Of a stretch of 64,000 bases of DNA, positions 19,945 to 29,644 are shown in pieces; position 1 is the first letter of the stretch; every line of letters starts with the position of its first letter. Both the position numbers and the translations under genes were made by a program. Below the pieces are notes generated by a model. The model had not been told where the DNA came from. It did no database searches and was given only the letters and a program-made list of their open reading frames with translations. Source of the stretch: Thermoanaerobaculia bacterium (lineage in GTDB: Bacteria; Acidobacteriota; Thermoanaerobaculia; UBA5066); NCBI GenBank assembly GCA_963719225.1, contig CAVRAY010000001.1:704001-768000 (forward strand), read 5' to 3'.

Positions 19945-21824
19945 GCGACGAAGTCCAGGTTCTCCGTGATCCTCGTCCCGTCCCGCTCGAAGGCTTCGAC
20001 GTAGGCCCGGATGCGGGCCCGGGCGGTGGCGAGATCGTGGTTGTCGAGGTTGAGGTTCAGAAGATCGATGTACCAGGGCGGCTTGACGGGATGGGTGACG
20101 TAAGTCTCGACGATCTCCCGCGCGATGGGGAGGGTCGTCGCCTTCGAGTCGTCGTGAACGTCGCGGTTCCCGGCGCGGAGGAGCTTCTCGTACTCCTCGG
20201 CGAGGAGACGCTCGAAGAGGGGAGCGCCGAAAGTCTCTCCGGCGCGCGCGCCCGTCTCCGGGTCGTCGGCGGTCAGCTTCGCGCCCTTCTGCAGCCACTC
20301 CCAGAGGATGCTGAGCCGGATCTCGCCGGTCGCCATGTCCTCCATGAGGTAGAGGACGTCGGCGTCGCCGAAGAAGTCCGCCGGCTTGAGCGCCACGGCC
20401 TGGAAACCGCGGCCGAAGGCGTTTCCGTATTGCAGGGCGACGCTCAGGAGGTCGCGCGCGCCGCGGACCGTGCGGGGAGCCGGCTCGAGCAGCACGAGAC
20501 CGTCGACGTCCTCCGGCGTGTAGGTGAGGGGAGGAAACGCGCGGCCGAGCTGGTTGTCCTGGCCGGCTTCCTCCCACACGGGCCGGACGATGTGCACCAT
20601 CTTCCAGTGCGCCACCCATTTACCGCTGGCGCCCGCGCGCTGCTCGCGCTCGCCGCCGGCCTTCGCCCTCTTCATGCCCGCGGTCACACCGGCCTCCGAC
20701 CCGACCGGGATGTTGGGCTCCATCCCCCCCTGCCAGAGGGAAAAGCGGCCGTTCTGGTCGGGGGTGTTCACGGCACGGCGTACGCGGTCCTCGTAGGTGC
20801 GCATGTAACCGTACGTCATGACGATGGCGTCGATGTTCGGATTGATGAAGCCCGTGTCCCACGCCATCGCGTCGGCGACGCTGTTGATGTAGTCCCACCG
20901 GCCGGTGTTGAAGCCGACGAAGTGGCGGCCCAGGGCAGCGCGGATTTCCATGAGCTGGAAGGTGGCCTCGATCTGCTCGACGAGAACGTACGCCTTGATC
21001 GTCCCCACGGGCAGGCCGAGATGCCCCTCGAGCGCCGCGAAGATGTCGCTCCACAGCGCCGCCTCTTCGGCCGTCTGGATCTTCGGCAGGTAGAGAGCGA
21101 TCGAGGATCCGGCGCGGCCGAGGCTCTCGTGATTGTTGACCACGTAGAGCACGAGGTCGACGATCGACGCGGAAAAGCCGGTGCCGCCCTTCTCGCGCAC
21201 GTGGCGGTCGTCGAGGTGCAGGCCGCGGGCGCGGAAGAGTTTCGTCGTGAAGTCGAGCTGGCGCCGCCAGTCGGCGATGATGGGCCGCCCGAAGAACCCC
21301 TGCGCCCAGTCGTTCATCTCCTTCGCGACGCTCTCGGCGACGCGCAGGTAGAGCGGGTCCTTCTCGATCGCCAGCCGGAGGTTGCGCTGGTTGTCGAGAG
21401 ACATCGTGGTGGTCTGCCCCAGGGCGTCCTCTCCGTCGAACATCCAGCCGTCGGCGCCCGAGAGGAGCGCGTAGGCGACGTTGCGCAGGCCGCTCTCGGT
21501 GGCGGCGCGCGGCCGGGTCGCCGGGCCCGTCCCCTGGATCCACTGGCGCTTCAAATCGGCCGGGATGTCGCCTCCCTCGAACCTGCCCTCGCGGGCGTCC
21601 CGAACGCGGATCGAGGTGCGGGGAATCGTCGCCCCGGGATCCAGGAACGCGATGCGCTGCCGGGCGCGCTGGCGCGCGAGGCGGCGCGCGATGCGAGCCG
21701 CCATGAGCTCGCGCCGATCCCGGTTGAAGGGCGCCAGCGCCTCCAGCGCCTCGAGAGCGGCCGGCGTATGGACGTCGGGGTACGCCTGGAGAACGCCACC
21801 CTGGTATTCGAGCCTGGAGATCAT
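19941..21824 (-). CDS. aceB: Malate synthase
   Basis: [36 protein letters not shown]; co-transcribed with aceA. Confidence 0.88.
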   Translation of the reverse strand: MISRLEYQGGVLQAYPDVHTPAALEALEALAPFNRDRRELMAARIARRLARQRARQRIAFLDPGATIPRTSIRVRDAREGRFEGGDIPADLKRQWIQGTGPATRPRAATESGLRNVAYALLSGADGWMFDGEDALGQTTTMSLDNQRNLRLAIEKDPLYLRVAESVAKEMNDWAQGFFGRPIIADWRRQLDFTTKLFRARGLHLDDRHVREKGGTGFSASIVDLVLYVVNNHESLGRAGSSIALYLPKIQTAEEAALWSDIFAALEGHLGLPVGTIKAYVLVEQIEATFQLMEIRAALGRHFVGFNTGRWDYINSVADAMAWDTGFINPNIDAIVMTYGYMRTYEDRVRRAVNTPDQNGRFSLWQGGMEPNIPVGSEAGVTAGMKRAKAGGEREQRAGASGKWVAHWKMVHIVRPVWEEAGQDNQLGRAFPPLTYTPEDVDGLVLLEPAPRTVRGARDLLSVALQYGNAFGRGFQAVALKPADFFGDADVLYLMEDMATGEIRLSILWEWLQKGAKLTADDPETGARAGETFGAPLFERLLAEEYEKLLRAGNRDVHDDSKATTLPIAREIVETYVTHPVKPPWYIDLLNLNLDNHDLATARARIRAYVEAFERDGTRITENLDFVA

Positions 21825-21905
21825 CTTCGCCAAAGCGCCGCGGAGTCTAACGCCTGATGGAACGCCGGCAGATTTTTCGGTTAAGGAACAGGCGGTTCTG
21901 CGTGG

Positions 21906-21922
21906 ACATAGTGGCACTATGT
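21906..21922. promoter_or_regulatory. Perfect 17-bp palindrome ACATAGTG-G-CACTATGT; candidate operator or upstream activating sequence
   Basis: Read directly; lies in the AT-rich divergent region between aceB and the rsb-like operon. Confidence 0.6.
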
Positions 21923-22121
21923 AATCAAATGGCTCATCGGCGCTAAGTTATTTTCTTAGAATGGTAATATGGAGACATCTAGGGCGTGCTCCGAAGTTGT
22001 GACATTATGGCGCGTATCTGGCGCATTTCGTTGACCAATATCCTCCTTCCAAGAAACCCAATCTTTCCAACATCTTAGATGCGCCTCGGCATCCTCGAAT
22101 CTCGATTCATCTGGCGTGGCC

Positions 22122-22137
22122 TGGCACTTGCGATGCG
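22122..22137 (+). promoter_or_regulatory. Putative sigma54 -24/-12 promoter
   Basis: TGGCACTTGCGATGC = GG-N10-GC with TGGCAC; followed by GGAGG and ATG 22162. Confidence 0.7.
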
Positions 22138-22161
22138 GGAGTCGACCGGAGGCAGTCGAGA

Positions 22162-22383
22162 ATGTTCAGCGAGGGCGGAAACGAAGCGAACGCGGCCCGC
22201 GTGTCGGCGCGCGTGTCGTCTTTCACCGCCTCGCTTCCCGCGTCGCTTCCGACGTCGACCCACGCCTCGCGTCTCGCTCTGTCGCTCCTTCTCGCCGAAG
22301 CCGCCGCGTTCGCCCTCGCCGCCGCGTCGGGTAAGATTCCTGTGTTCCTCTTCACGGCGGTTCGCGCGCTCCTGACGTTCTAG
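22162..22383 (+). CDS. Small hypothetical membrane protein (73 aa), first gene of the rsb-like operon
   Basis: GGAGG RBS, hydrophobic C-terminal half, fills the gap between promoter and the RsbW-like gene. Confidence 0.55.
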   Translation: MFSEGGNEANAARVSARVSSFTASLPASLPTSTHASRLALSLLLAEAAAFALAAASGKIPVFLFTAVRALLTF

Positions 22384-22410
22384 GGCCTGAGAGGGGATTG
22401 CCGAAAAGAG

Positions 22411-22848
22411 ATGTCGTCGGTCGAGCGTCGCGAGGTGCACATGACCATTCCGGTTGCGCCGGAGATGGAGATTGCCGCGACGGCGCAGGTTTCGGCGCTC
22501 GGCGAGTGGATGGAGATGGGCCGCGACAAGATCGACGAGGTGAAGATGGCCGTCGTCGAAGCGTGCATCAACGCCTTCGAGCACAGCGCGACTCCCGACC
22601 GCAAGGTCGAGCTCTCCTTCCGCGTCGGCGCGGAGGAGGGGGGCCGGGGCGCCTACCTCGAAGTCGACGTCGCGGACGCGGGACACGGGTTCGATCCGAC
22701 GCGTCTCAAGACGCCCGAGATCGCCGCGGCGCTGCGGTCCAGCCGGAAGCGCGGCTGGGGAATCAAGATCATCGAGAGCCTCATGGACGACGTTCGGATC
22801 GAGAGCGGCGAGCATGGCACCCGCATCGTCATGCGCAAGTATCGATAA
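22411..22848 (+). CDS. RsbW/SpoIIAB-like anti-sigma Ser/Thr kinase
   Basis: AVVEACINAFEH, DAGHGFD, RGWGIKIIESLMD, GTRIVM. Confidence 0.9.
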   Translation: MSSVERREVHMTIPVAPEMEIAATAQVSALGEWMEMGRDKIDEVKMAVVEACINAFEHSATPDRKVELSFRVGAEEGGRGAYLEVDVADAGHGFDPTRLKTPEIAAALRSSRKRGWGIKIIESLMDDVRIESGEHGTRIVMRKYR

Positions 22849-22863
22849 GGTATAAAGGACCGA

Positions 22864-23226
22864 ATGAGCGAGACCCTGAAAGTCGTCGTGGACCGGCCGG
22901 ACGTCAACGTCGCCGTTCTCCGTACGGACGGCTACATCAACAACACCGGCGGCGAGGAGATCGCCAAGCAGTCCTACGCCCTCCTGGGGTCCGGCGTGAA
23001 CTGTCTGCTCCTCGACCTCGAGAAGACCAAGATCGTCAATTCGATCGGCATTTCCATTCTCATCGAGATCCTGGAAAAGCTCCTCGATCAGGGAGGAAAG
23101 CTCGCCTTCTGCCGGCTGACTCCCACCATCGAGAAGACGTTCCAGATCATGGGGCTAGCCCAATATGCGCGCATCTTCCCCGCTCCCGAGCCCGCCCTCG
23201 CCTGGCTCCGGGGCGAGACCGAGTAG
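22864..23226 (+). CDS. STAS anti-sigma antagonist (RsbV/SpoIIAA-like)
   Basis: LLDLEKTKIVNSIGISIL (phospho-Ser motif), KTFQIMGL. Confidence 0.9.
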   Translation: MSETLKVVVDRPDVNVAVLRTDGYINNTGGEEIAKQSYALLGSGVNCLLLDLEKTKIVNSIGISILIEILEKLLDQGGKLAFCRLTPTIEKTFQIMGLAQYARIFPAPEPALAWLRGETE

Positions 23227-24820
23227 CGCGGCGATTTCCGGAGGTCCCGCCTCCGGCGGGAGCCCGGATGCCGCGATCCTCGCGGCGCACGAAAAGCTCG
23301 CGAAGCTCGATCCGTTCTCCGATCGCGAGCGGCTATTCGACGGGATCCTCGCCGCTCTCCTGATGGCCGCTCACGCCACAGGAGGCGTACTCGTGGATCC
23401 CACGCAGCCCGCGAAGGGCGAGCTGACCGGGGATCCTCCGGTCGTGATCCCGCTCACCGCCCGGGACGAAACGCTCGCGACCCTGGAGCTCGAGAAACCT
23501 CCCTTGGATCCGGTCGGCTTCGCGTCGGTCACGGCCCACGCGGCTCGCCTCCTCGATTCGGTGCGGATGGCCGACAAGGTGCAGAAGGCCGATTTCGAGC
23601 TGAAGTACAGGGTCTGGGAGCTTCAGAGCCTCTACGACGTCGGGCTCTCGATCGCCGGCACGCTCGATTTCGAAGTCCTCGCCGAAGACATCCTCTACAA
23701 GTCCATCTCGCTCCTGAACGCGCGCACGGGCACGCTCATCGTGTGCGACCGCGCGTCGGACGGCCCGGTCACCGTGCGCCATCTCGGAGAGCCTCTCCTC
23801 GACGGCGCCTCGGCGCGGCTCCTTCCCGCGACGGTCCTGCGTTGCAACACGATGGCCGAACGCGTCGGACTTCTCGTGAACGCCCCGGCCGAGAAGCTCC
23901 TCGCCGTGCCGATCCTCGCCGAAGGCCGCTGGCTCGGCGTCCTCGTCGTGGCGGACAAGGAGAATCGGGCCGGCTCGATCGACGACTTCACCGAAGCCGA
24001 CGAGCGTGTGGCGTCACTCTTCGCGAACCAGGCCGCGATCGCTCTCGAGAACGCGCGCCTGCACCGCGAGGCCGTCGAGAAGGAGAAGATGGAGCGGGAG
24101 ATCGAGCTCGCCGCCTCCATCCAGAAGACGATTCTCCCCGAGACGCTTCCGGACGTGCCGGGGCTGCTCGTGGCGGGGGGGAACCGGCCGACGAAGCAGG
24201 TCGGCGGCGATTACTTCGACGTCTACCCCCTCGAGGACGGGCGTACGGCGATCTGCGTCGCCGACGTCTCGGGAAAGGGAGTTCCCGCGGCGCTCCTCGT
24301 GTCCACGGTCCACGCCTGTCTCCATCTTCTCGTGCCGAACCACGCTTCCGACCTGCCCACTCTCGTGGCGCGCGTGAACCGGCATCTCGTGGGTTTTTCC
24401 TCGACCCGCAAGTTCGCGACCCTCTTCATCGCCGTCTACGATCCCGCGAAAGGAACGCTGACCTACGTGAACGCGGGACACAACCCGGGGCTGTGGGTGT
24501 CGCCGGAACAGGTGACGCTCCTGCCGAGCGGCGGAGTCCCCGTCGGAATGATGTCGGGCGTCACGCACACGCAGGCCGTGATCCGGGTCGCCCCGGGCGA
24601 CACGATCGTCCTGTATTCCGACGGGATCACCGAAGCGCTGAACGGCGCGGACGAAGAGTTCGGGATGGAGCGCCTCATCGCGCTCGCGATCGAGGGGCGC
24701 GCGCAGACCCCGGCCGAGCTGTCCCGGCGCATCTTCGGCGCCGTGAGCGACTTCACGATCGGCGTGGCGCAGTACGACGATCAGACGGTGCTCATCGCCC
24801 GAGTCGCGCCGCCCGCGTGA
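23165..24820 (+). CDS. GAF-PP2C (RsbU-like) phosphatase
   Basis: GAF domain then AASIQKTILP, VGGDYFD, ADVSGKG, NAGHNP, YSDGITEA, DDQT; start uncertain (23165 or 23363). Confidence 0.9.
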   Translation: MRASSPLPSPPSPGSGARPSSAAISGGPASGGSPDAAILAAHEKLAKLDPFSDRERLFDGILAALLMAAHATGGVLVDPTQPAKGELTGDPPVVIPLTARDETLATLELEKPPLDPVGFASVTAHAARLLDSVRMADKVQKADFELKYRVWELQSLYDVGLSIAGTLDFEVLAEDILYKSISLLNARTGTLIVCDRASDGPVTVRHLGEPLLDGASARLLPATVLRCNTMAERVGLLVNAPAEKLLAVPILAEGRWLGVLVVADKENRAGSIDDFTEADERVASLFANQAAIALENARLHREAVEKEKMEREIELAASIQKTILPETLPDVPGLLVAGGNRPTKQVGGDYFDVYPLEDGRTAICVADVSGKGVPAALLVSTVHACLHLLVPNHASDLPTLVARVNRHLVGFSSTRKFATLFIAVYDPAKGTLTYVNAGHNPGLWVSPEQVTLLPSGGVPVGMMSGVTHTQAVIRVAPGDTIVLYSDGITEALNGADEEFGMERLIALAIEGRAQTPAELSRRIFGAVSDFTIGVAQYDDQTVLIARVAPPA

Positions 24821-26178
24821 GATGCCCCACCGGAGCCCTCGTCGTCGCGGCGGCTGGCGCGTTTGCCTGCACCTTCTCGCGTGAGATCACGGTCCTTCCT
24901 CATCGCCTCGAGCGGCCGATTCCGATCGGTCTCGTGAACTCGTACAACGTCGAAGAGCAGCTCCAACGCGGGTACATCCCGGAGGTGGACGAGTTTCTCG
25001 CGGGACCGGCGGGCCGAAACCTCGACGGAGTCCGCCGGGACCGGCTGGCCGGCCAGGTGCTCCTCGAGCGCGGCGACTTCCGCGGCGCCGCCCCGCGGCT
25101 CGAACGCGCCTTCGCGGGCACGGGCCGCGGGTCCGACCGGGCGGACATCTCCTGGCTGTTGTCGCAGGCCGCGTATTGGGACGGAGATTTCCCCTCGGCC
25201 GGCCGCTGGGGACGCGTGGCGCAGCGCGAGGGCAAGCGCGTACCGGACGGCTGGCTCGTTTTCCTGGAGTCGCAGGGGGCGCGCGTGCTCTACGGCGGCG
25301 CGGCAGCCGGCGAACGCCTCTTGCTTCCCGTCGAGTTCGGACGGCCGAATCTCCTTCGCGTCCCCGTGCGCGTGAACGGGCGTCCCGCGGAGGAGATGAT
25401 CGTCGACTCCGGCGCCTCCCTGTCCCTCCTCACGGAGAGCGCGGCGGTCCGCCTCGGCGTGTCGTTCGTCCCGGGCGCGACGGCCGTCGCGAAGGGTCTC
25501 CACGACGCCGACCTCCCGATGCGTCTCGGCTGGGTGGATTCCGTGCGGGTCGGCGACATCACGCTGACGGACGTCCCGTTCGGCGTCCTGCCGGACGGCA
25601 CGCTCACGTTCGAGACGTCCTCGTCCAGCGTCTTCCGGCTGAACGGCGTCCTCGGCGTCCACCTCATGAAGGAGCTCGACTGGAGAATCGAGTTCACCGA
25701 GCGCCTCCTCCACGCGCGCCGCCTCGACCGGCGCGTTTTGCGCGGCTCGAAGGACCAGAACATCTTTTTCCGGCGCATGAAGCCCATGGCGCGCGCCTCG
25801 CTCAACGGCCTGCCCTGGTCGCTCTTTCTCCTCGACACCGGGTCGGAGCCCTCGATGATCACGCGCGTCGGGCTGCGGAAGGCCAGCCTCTTCCCGGAAC
25901 TGGCGTATCCGATCACGCTCGAGGGGATCGGCCAGTCGCGCGTGTCGTGGGCCAAGATCTCGAACGTGACGGTCGGGGTTTCGGCCTACATGGTCCGGTT
26001 CAAGGACATCGTCGTGCGAGAAGAGGCGGAAGGGATCGAGGACGGCATCCTTGGCGCGTCGTTCCTTTCGTCGTTCGACGTGGAGATCAGGTTCGGCTCG
26101 ATGACGCTCGCGCTCGAGAATCCGATGGAGCGCCATCTGCGCCAGGCGAGGCCGCCCCCGCAGGAAACCCCACGCTAG
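24817..26178 (+). CDS. Lipoprotein with TPR-like region and two retropepsin-like aspartyl protease domains
   Basis: GTG overlapping the upstream TGA; lipobox-like AFAC; MIVDSGAS...GVLG and LLDTGSE...DGILG. Confidence 0.8.
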   Translation: MRCPTGALVVAAAGAFACTFSREITVLPHRLERPIPIGLVNSYNVEEQLQRGYIPEVDEFLAGPAGRNLDGVRRDRLAGQVLLERGDFRGAAPRLERAFAGTGRGSDRADISWLLSQAAYWDGDFPSAGRWGRVAQREGKRVPDGWLVFLESQGARVLYGGAAAGERLLLPVEFGRPNLLRVPVRVNGRPAEEMIVDSGASLSLLTESAAVRLGVSFVPGATAVAKGLHDADLPMRLGWVDSVRVGDITLTDVPFGVLPDGTLTFETSSSSVFRLNGVLGVHLMKELDWRIEFTERLLHARRLDRRVLRGSKDQNIFFRRMKPMARASLNGLPWSLFLLDTGSEPSMITRVGLRKASLFPELAYPITLEGIGQSRVSWAKISNVTVGVSAYMVRFKDIVVREEAEGIEDGILGASFLSSFDVEIRFGSMTLALENPMERHLRQARPPPQETPR

Positions 26179-26188
26179 AATGAGGTTC

Positions 26189-26947
26189 GTGCAGGAGCGC
26201 CATCCTCGGGGAGCGGCGGCGGCCGCCGCGCTCGCGGCAGTGGTCGTCCTCCACACGGGAAGCTGCCAGGGTCCGGCCGATCCCATGAAAAAGAAGCGCG
26301 TCGACATGGTCGAGCACCAGATCGCGGCACGCGGGATTCGGGACCCGCGCGTCCTGGAAGCGATGCGCACCGTTCCCCGCCATCTCTTCGTCCCGCCGGC
26401 CGAGGAAGCTTTCGCCTACGAAGACCGCCCGCTTCCCATCGGGAGCGGCCAGACGATCTCACAGCCCTACGTCGTCGCCTTCATGGCCGAGCAGCTTCGC
26501 CTGACCGGCAAGGAAAAGGTCCTCGAGATCGGGACAGGCTCGGGCTACGCGACGGCGATTCTCGCGGCCGTCGCCTCGAAAGTCTTCTCGATCGAGATCC
26601 GCCCCGAGCTGGCGCAGCTGGCGAAAGAGCGGCTCGAGAAGCTCGGCGTGAAGAACGTCGAGCTGAGGGCGGCCGACGGCTACCGCGGCTGGCCCGAGGA
26701 AGCCCCGTTCGACGCTATCCTCGTGACCGCCGCCCCGGAGAAGATTCCGCCACCGCTCCTCGAGCAGCTCGCTCCCGAAGGGAGGATGGTCATTCCGGTC
26801 GGAGCCTTCTATCAGGAGCTCAAGGTCATCAAGCGGCAGGGGGGCGGCTATTCGGAAAAGAGCGTCCTGCCCGTGCGCTTCGTGCCGTTCGTCGGCGAGG
26901 CCGAGGGTGCCCCGGCTCCGGCACGCGACCCCGGGACGTCGCGATGA
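26189..26947 (+). CDS. pcm: Protein-L-isoaspartate O-methyltransferase with hydrophobic N-terminal extension
   Basis: VPRHLFV, GQTISQPYVVA, VLEIGTGSGY, APFDAILVTAA, VRFVP; start 26180 or 26189. Confidence 0.93.
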   Translation: MQERHPRGAAAAAALAAVVVLHTGSCQGPADPMKKKRVDMVEHQIAARGIRDPRVLEAMRTVPRHLFVPPAEEAFAYEDRPLPIGSGQTISQPYVVAFMAEQLRLTGKEKVLEIGTGSGYATAILAAVASKVFSIEIRPELAQLAKERLEKLGVKNVELRAADGYRGWPEEAPFDAILVTAAPEKIPPPLLEQLAPEGRMVIPVGAFYQELKVIKRQGGGYSEKSVLPVRFVPFVGEAEGAPAPARDPGTSR

Positions 26948-27222
26948 GCGTCGGAACGGCGCTCACGAACTCCTCGTCCCTTCTCGAACGCGTGCCCGTC
27001 AGGGAGCGAGGCGCGTCCCTGACGCTCTCGGCCTGGCGCGTCGCGGTGACGGCGGACGAAGGCACGGGCACGATCGTCCGTCTCGAGGCGCGGGACGGCA
27101 CGGTTCATTTCCGCGGCGACGGCCTGTTCCTCGGCTGGAGCGCCGAGGAGATGGAGGCGGCCTGGGGATTACTCGCGCGCTCCGATGCTCCCGCCGACCC
27201 CGAGCACCAGCAGCTCGGCTAG
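26944..27222 (+). CDS. Hypothetical protein (92 aa)
   Basis: ATGA overlap with pcm; coding-like codon usage. Confidence 0.55.
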   Translation: MSVGTALTNSSSLLERVPVRERGASLTLSAWRVAVTADEGTGTIVRLEARDGTVHFRGDGLFLGWSAEEMEAAWGLLARSDAPADPEHQQLG

Positions 27223-28007
27223 ATCCCGGCCCAACCCGGCTCCAAACGCGTCCAGCCTTCCTCGATCGCCCACAGGTCCATCGCGAGGGAGACGAGGTCG
27301 TCCACCTCGGGCAGCGGCCTCGCGTCGAGCGTGAGGTCGATCGACTTGACGTACCGGCGACAGGTCTCGCAGGCCTCGATGCGGACGTTCTTGTGCACGT
27401 CGCTCTGGAAGCCCGGCAGCTTCGCGGGGTTCTCCTCCTGGCAGGAGGGGCAGCGGATGCGGTTGAAGGCCCACTCGGTTCCGCAAAGCCCGCAGACGAG
27501 GAAGCGGGCGGCGCCGTTGGATTCCGGCAGCTCCTTTCGGAAGGACACGATCGGAGCCGCGCCGCATGCGGGGCAGTGGCCTTCGTGCCGGGGCCGATGG
27601 GCGGCGACGCCCGCCTGCGCGAGGACCTCTGCGAAAGGGCGGAGGAACGCGCGGGACAGATAGTCCTCCACGGCCTCACGGCCGCCTTCCCAATAGACGC
27701 GGAGCCGCGTGGCCGCAGTCTCCGGGTCGTCCTTCGCCCGGCTCTCCGCGGCCTCCGCGAGCTCGGCCGGCCCGTCCGCCGCGGCGAAGGAAAGCAGGGG
27801 GGGCAGGAGGTCGACGACGCGGGGCAGGTCGGCCGCCTCGCCCGAGAACGGCGCGTCGGCGTGCCGCGCGGAGACGGCCGCGGCAAGCCGACCCTGCAGG
27901 CGGAAGAGCTTCGCCGCGAACACGAGCGGATCGGCGACGGCGGGCGCGGAGCCGGCAAGCAGCTCGGCGCGCGCCGCGCGCTTTTCGAACGGATCGGAAA
28001 GGGTCAA
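27219..28007 (-). CDS. fdhE: Formate dehydrogenase accessory protein FdhE
   Basis: CPACG, CGLCGTEW, CPSC, CETCRRYVK; last gene of the fdn operon. Confidence 0.92.
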   Translation of the reverse strand: MTLSDPFEKRAARAELLAGSAPAVADPLVFAAKLFRLQGRLAAAVSARHADAPFSGEAADLPRVVDLLPPLLSFAAADGPAELAEAAESRAKDDPETAATRLRVYWEGGREAVEDYLSRAFLRPFAEVLAQAGVAAHRPRHEGHCPACGAAPIVSFRKELPESNGAARFLVCGLCGTEWAFNRIRCPSCQEENPAKLPGFQSDVHKNVRIEACETCRRYVKSIDLTLDARPLPEVDDLVSLAMDLWAIEEGWTRLEPGWAGI

Positions 28008-28020
28008 CGAGGTCTCGAGG

Positions 28021-28710
28021 CTACTTCTCGCCCGTCACATCCTTGTACCACCGCGGGTGGTGCAGGCGCGCCCACGCCCTCGTGACGGTGCCCCGCGTCA
28101 TCGAGCCGAACGTCCCGGGCTCGGCTGCGGTGCCGAGGTAGATGTGGAAGACGATCGTGACCGCGAAAAGGACGAAAGTGAAGTCGTGCAGAAGCACCGC
28201 GAGCTCACGGACGAGGAGCGGGAAGGTGAGCGGGAACCAGAGGACGACGCCTGAAACGAGGAGGCCGAGCGCCGCGAGCGCCGACGTGAAGAAGAAGATC
28301 TTCTGGCCGCCGTTGTACTTGCCGACCTCGGAGTCGTCGGTCTGATAGCGCATGTACGTGAACAGCTTCGGACCGATCCAGCTTTTCTCGTCGGGCCGGA
28401 GCTCCATCTCGGAGAACCACGCGACGAGCATCACGAGTGTCGCGATCGAGAAAGCGACGCCCGCCCAGGGATGCAGCCAGCGGCAGACCTGAAGTCCGCC
28501 GAAGAGTGGCGCCATCCAGGCGAAGACCGGCGTCCAGATCGGCAGACCGGTGAGCAGACAGACGATGAACGTGACGGCGACGCACCAATGGATGACACGC
28601 GAGGAGAGACGGTGGCGGATGATCTCGTTTCCAACGACGACGTTCTCGCGATCACGGCCCACGATGACGGCTTCGTCCATCGCCCGGTCGCGGATCGGGG
28701 CAGCGCTCAT
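28021..28710 (-). CDS. fdnI: Formate dehydrogenase cytochrome b (gamma) subunit
   Basis: RVIHW, RWLHPWAG, GKYNGGQK, WARLHHPRWY. Confidence 0.92.
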   Translation of the reverse strand: MSAAPIRDRAMDEAVIVGRDRENVVVGNEIIRHRLSSRVIHWCVAVTFIVCLLTGLPIWTPVFAWMAPLFGGLQVCRWLHPWAGVAFSIATLVMLVAWFSEMELRPDEKSWIGPKLFTYMRYQTDDSEVGKYNGGQKIFFFTSALAALGLLVSGVVLWFPLTFPLLVRELAVLLHDFTFVLFAVTIVFHIYLGTAAEPGTFGSMTRGTVTRAWARLHHPRWYKDVTGEK

Positions 28711-28734
28711 TTTGCCTCCTCTTCTCTCTTCCGC

Positions 28735-29631
28735 TCAGGCCTGCGGCAGGTTGGATTCGGAGTCGGCCGCGCCCTTCACTTCCTTCTTCCCGAAGTTCAG
28801 GTAGTGCCCGAAGGCGCCGACGACGGCTCCGACGATGGCGATCAGTCCGAGCGGGCGGACGATGTTCTTCCAGAACTTCATGCCCAGCGGCACGTGCGGA
28901 TCGCGCGGAAGGGCGCCGTACCACTCGGGATGATCTCCGTGCGCGAGCACGGTGACGACGCCCGTCCCCCCGACGCCCTTCGGGTCGTAGAGCGCGGCGT
29001 TCGGGAAGCCGTTCGCCTTGAGCTGCTCGACGCGATGGTTGCCGAGGGCGACCATGTCGTCCTTCGTGCCGAAATGAAGGCAGCCGGTCGGGCAGGCCTT
29101 GATGCACGCGGGCTCGAGTCCCACCGAGACCCGGTCGACGCACAGCGTGCACTTCGCCATCTTCCCCGTGGCAGCATGGAATTTCGGGACCTCGAACGGG
29201 CAGCCGGTCGCGCAGTAGCCGCAACCGATGCACTGCTCGGGGTTCACGTCCACGACGCCGTTCGCGTACTGGACGATCGCGCCCGGCGCGGGGCACGCCT
29301 CGAGGCATCCGGGCTCGGCGCAGTGCATGCACTGGTCCTTGCGCATGAGCCACATGAGCCCGCCTTCGACCTCGTGCTCGTCGAATCGGATGAGGTTCCA
29401 GAAGGACGGGTCGAGCGTCGCCATCGTCTGGTACGTGCCCGTCTGCGACGTCGGGACGACCTTCAGGTCGTTCCATTCCTGGCAGGCCACCTCGCACGCC
29501 TTGCAGCCGATGCACGTCGACGTGTCGATGTACTTCGAGACGGTCGGAAGAGTGCGCAGGCCGGTGGCGTTCCCGGACGAGAGGATGCCAGAGGCGGAGG
29601 AGCGGGAGATCTCGAGGTTCTGAACGCTCAT
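28735..29631 (-). CDS. fdnH: Formate dehydrogenase iron-sulfur (beta) subunit
   Basis: CIGCKACEVAC, CMHCAEPGC, CIGCGYCATGC, KCTLC; C-terminal TM helix. Confidence 0.93.
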   Translation of the reverse strand: MSVQNLEISRSSASGILSSGNATGLRTLPTVSKYIDTSTCIGCKACEVACQEWNDLKVVPTSQTGTYQTMATLDPSFWNLIRFDEHEVEGGLMWLMRKDQCMHCAEPGCLEACPAPGAIVQYANGVVDVNPEQCIGCGYCATGCPFEVPKFHAATGKMAKCTLCVDRVSVGLEPACIKACPTGCLHFGTKDDMVALGNHRVEQLKANGFPNAALYDPKGVGGTGVVTVLAHGDHPEWYGALPRDPHVPLGMKFWKNIVRPLGLIAIVGAVVGAFGHYLNFGKKEVKGAADSESNLPQA

Positions 29632-29644
29632 CGTCGTCCTCCTC

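Noticed and set aside
19945-20619. N-terminal extension of the isocitrate lyase ORF
   Set aside because: It overlaps malate synthase in another frame and is Arg-rich nonsense; the ATGA overlap supports a start at 19944
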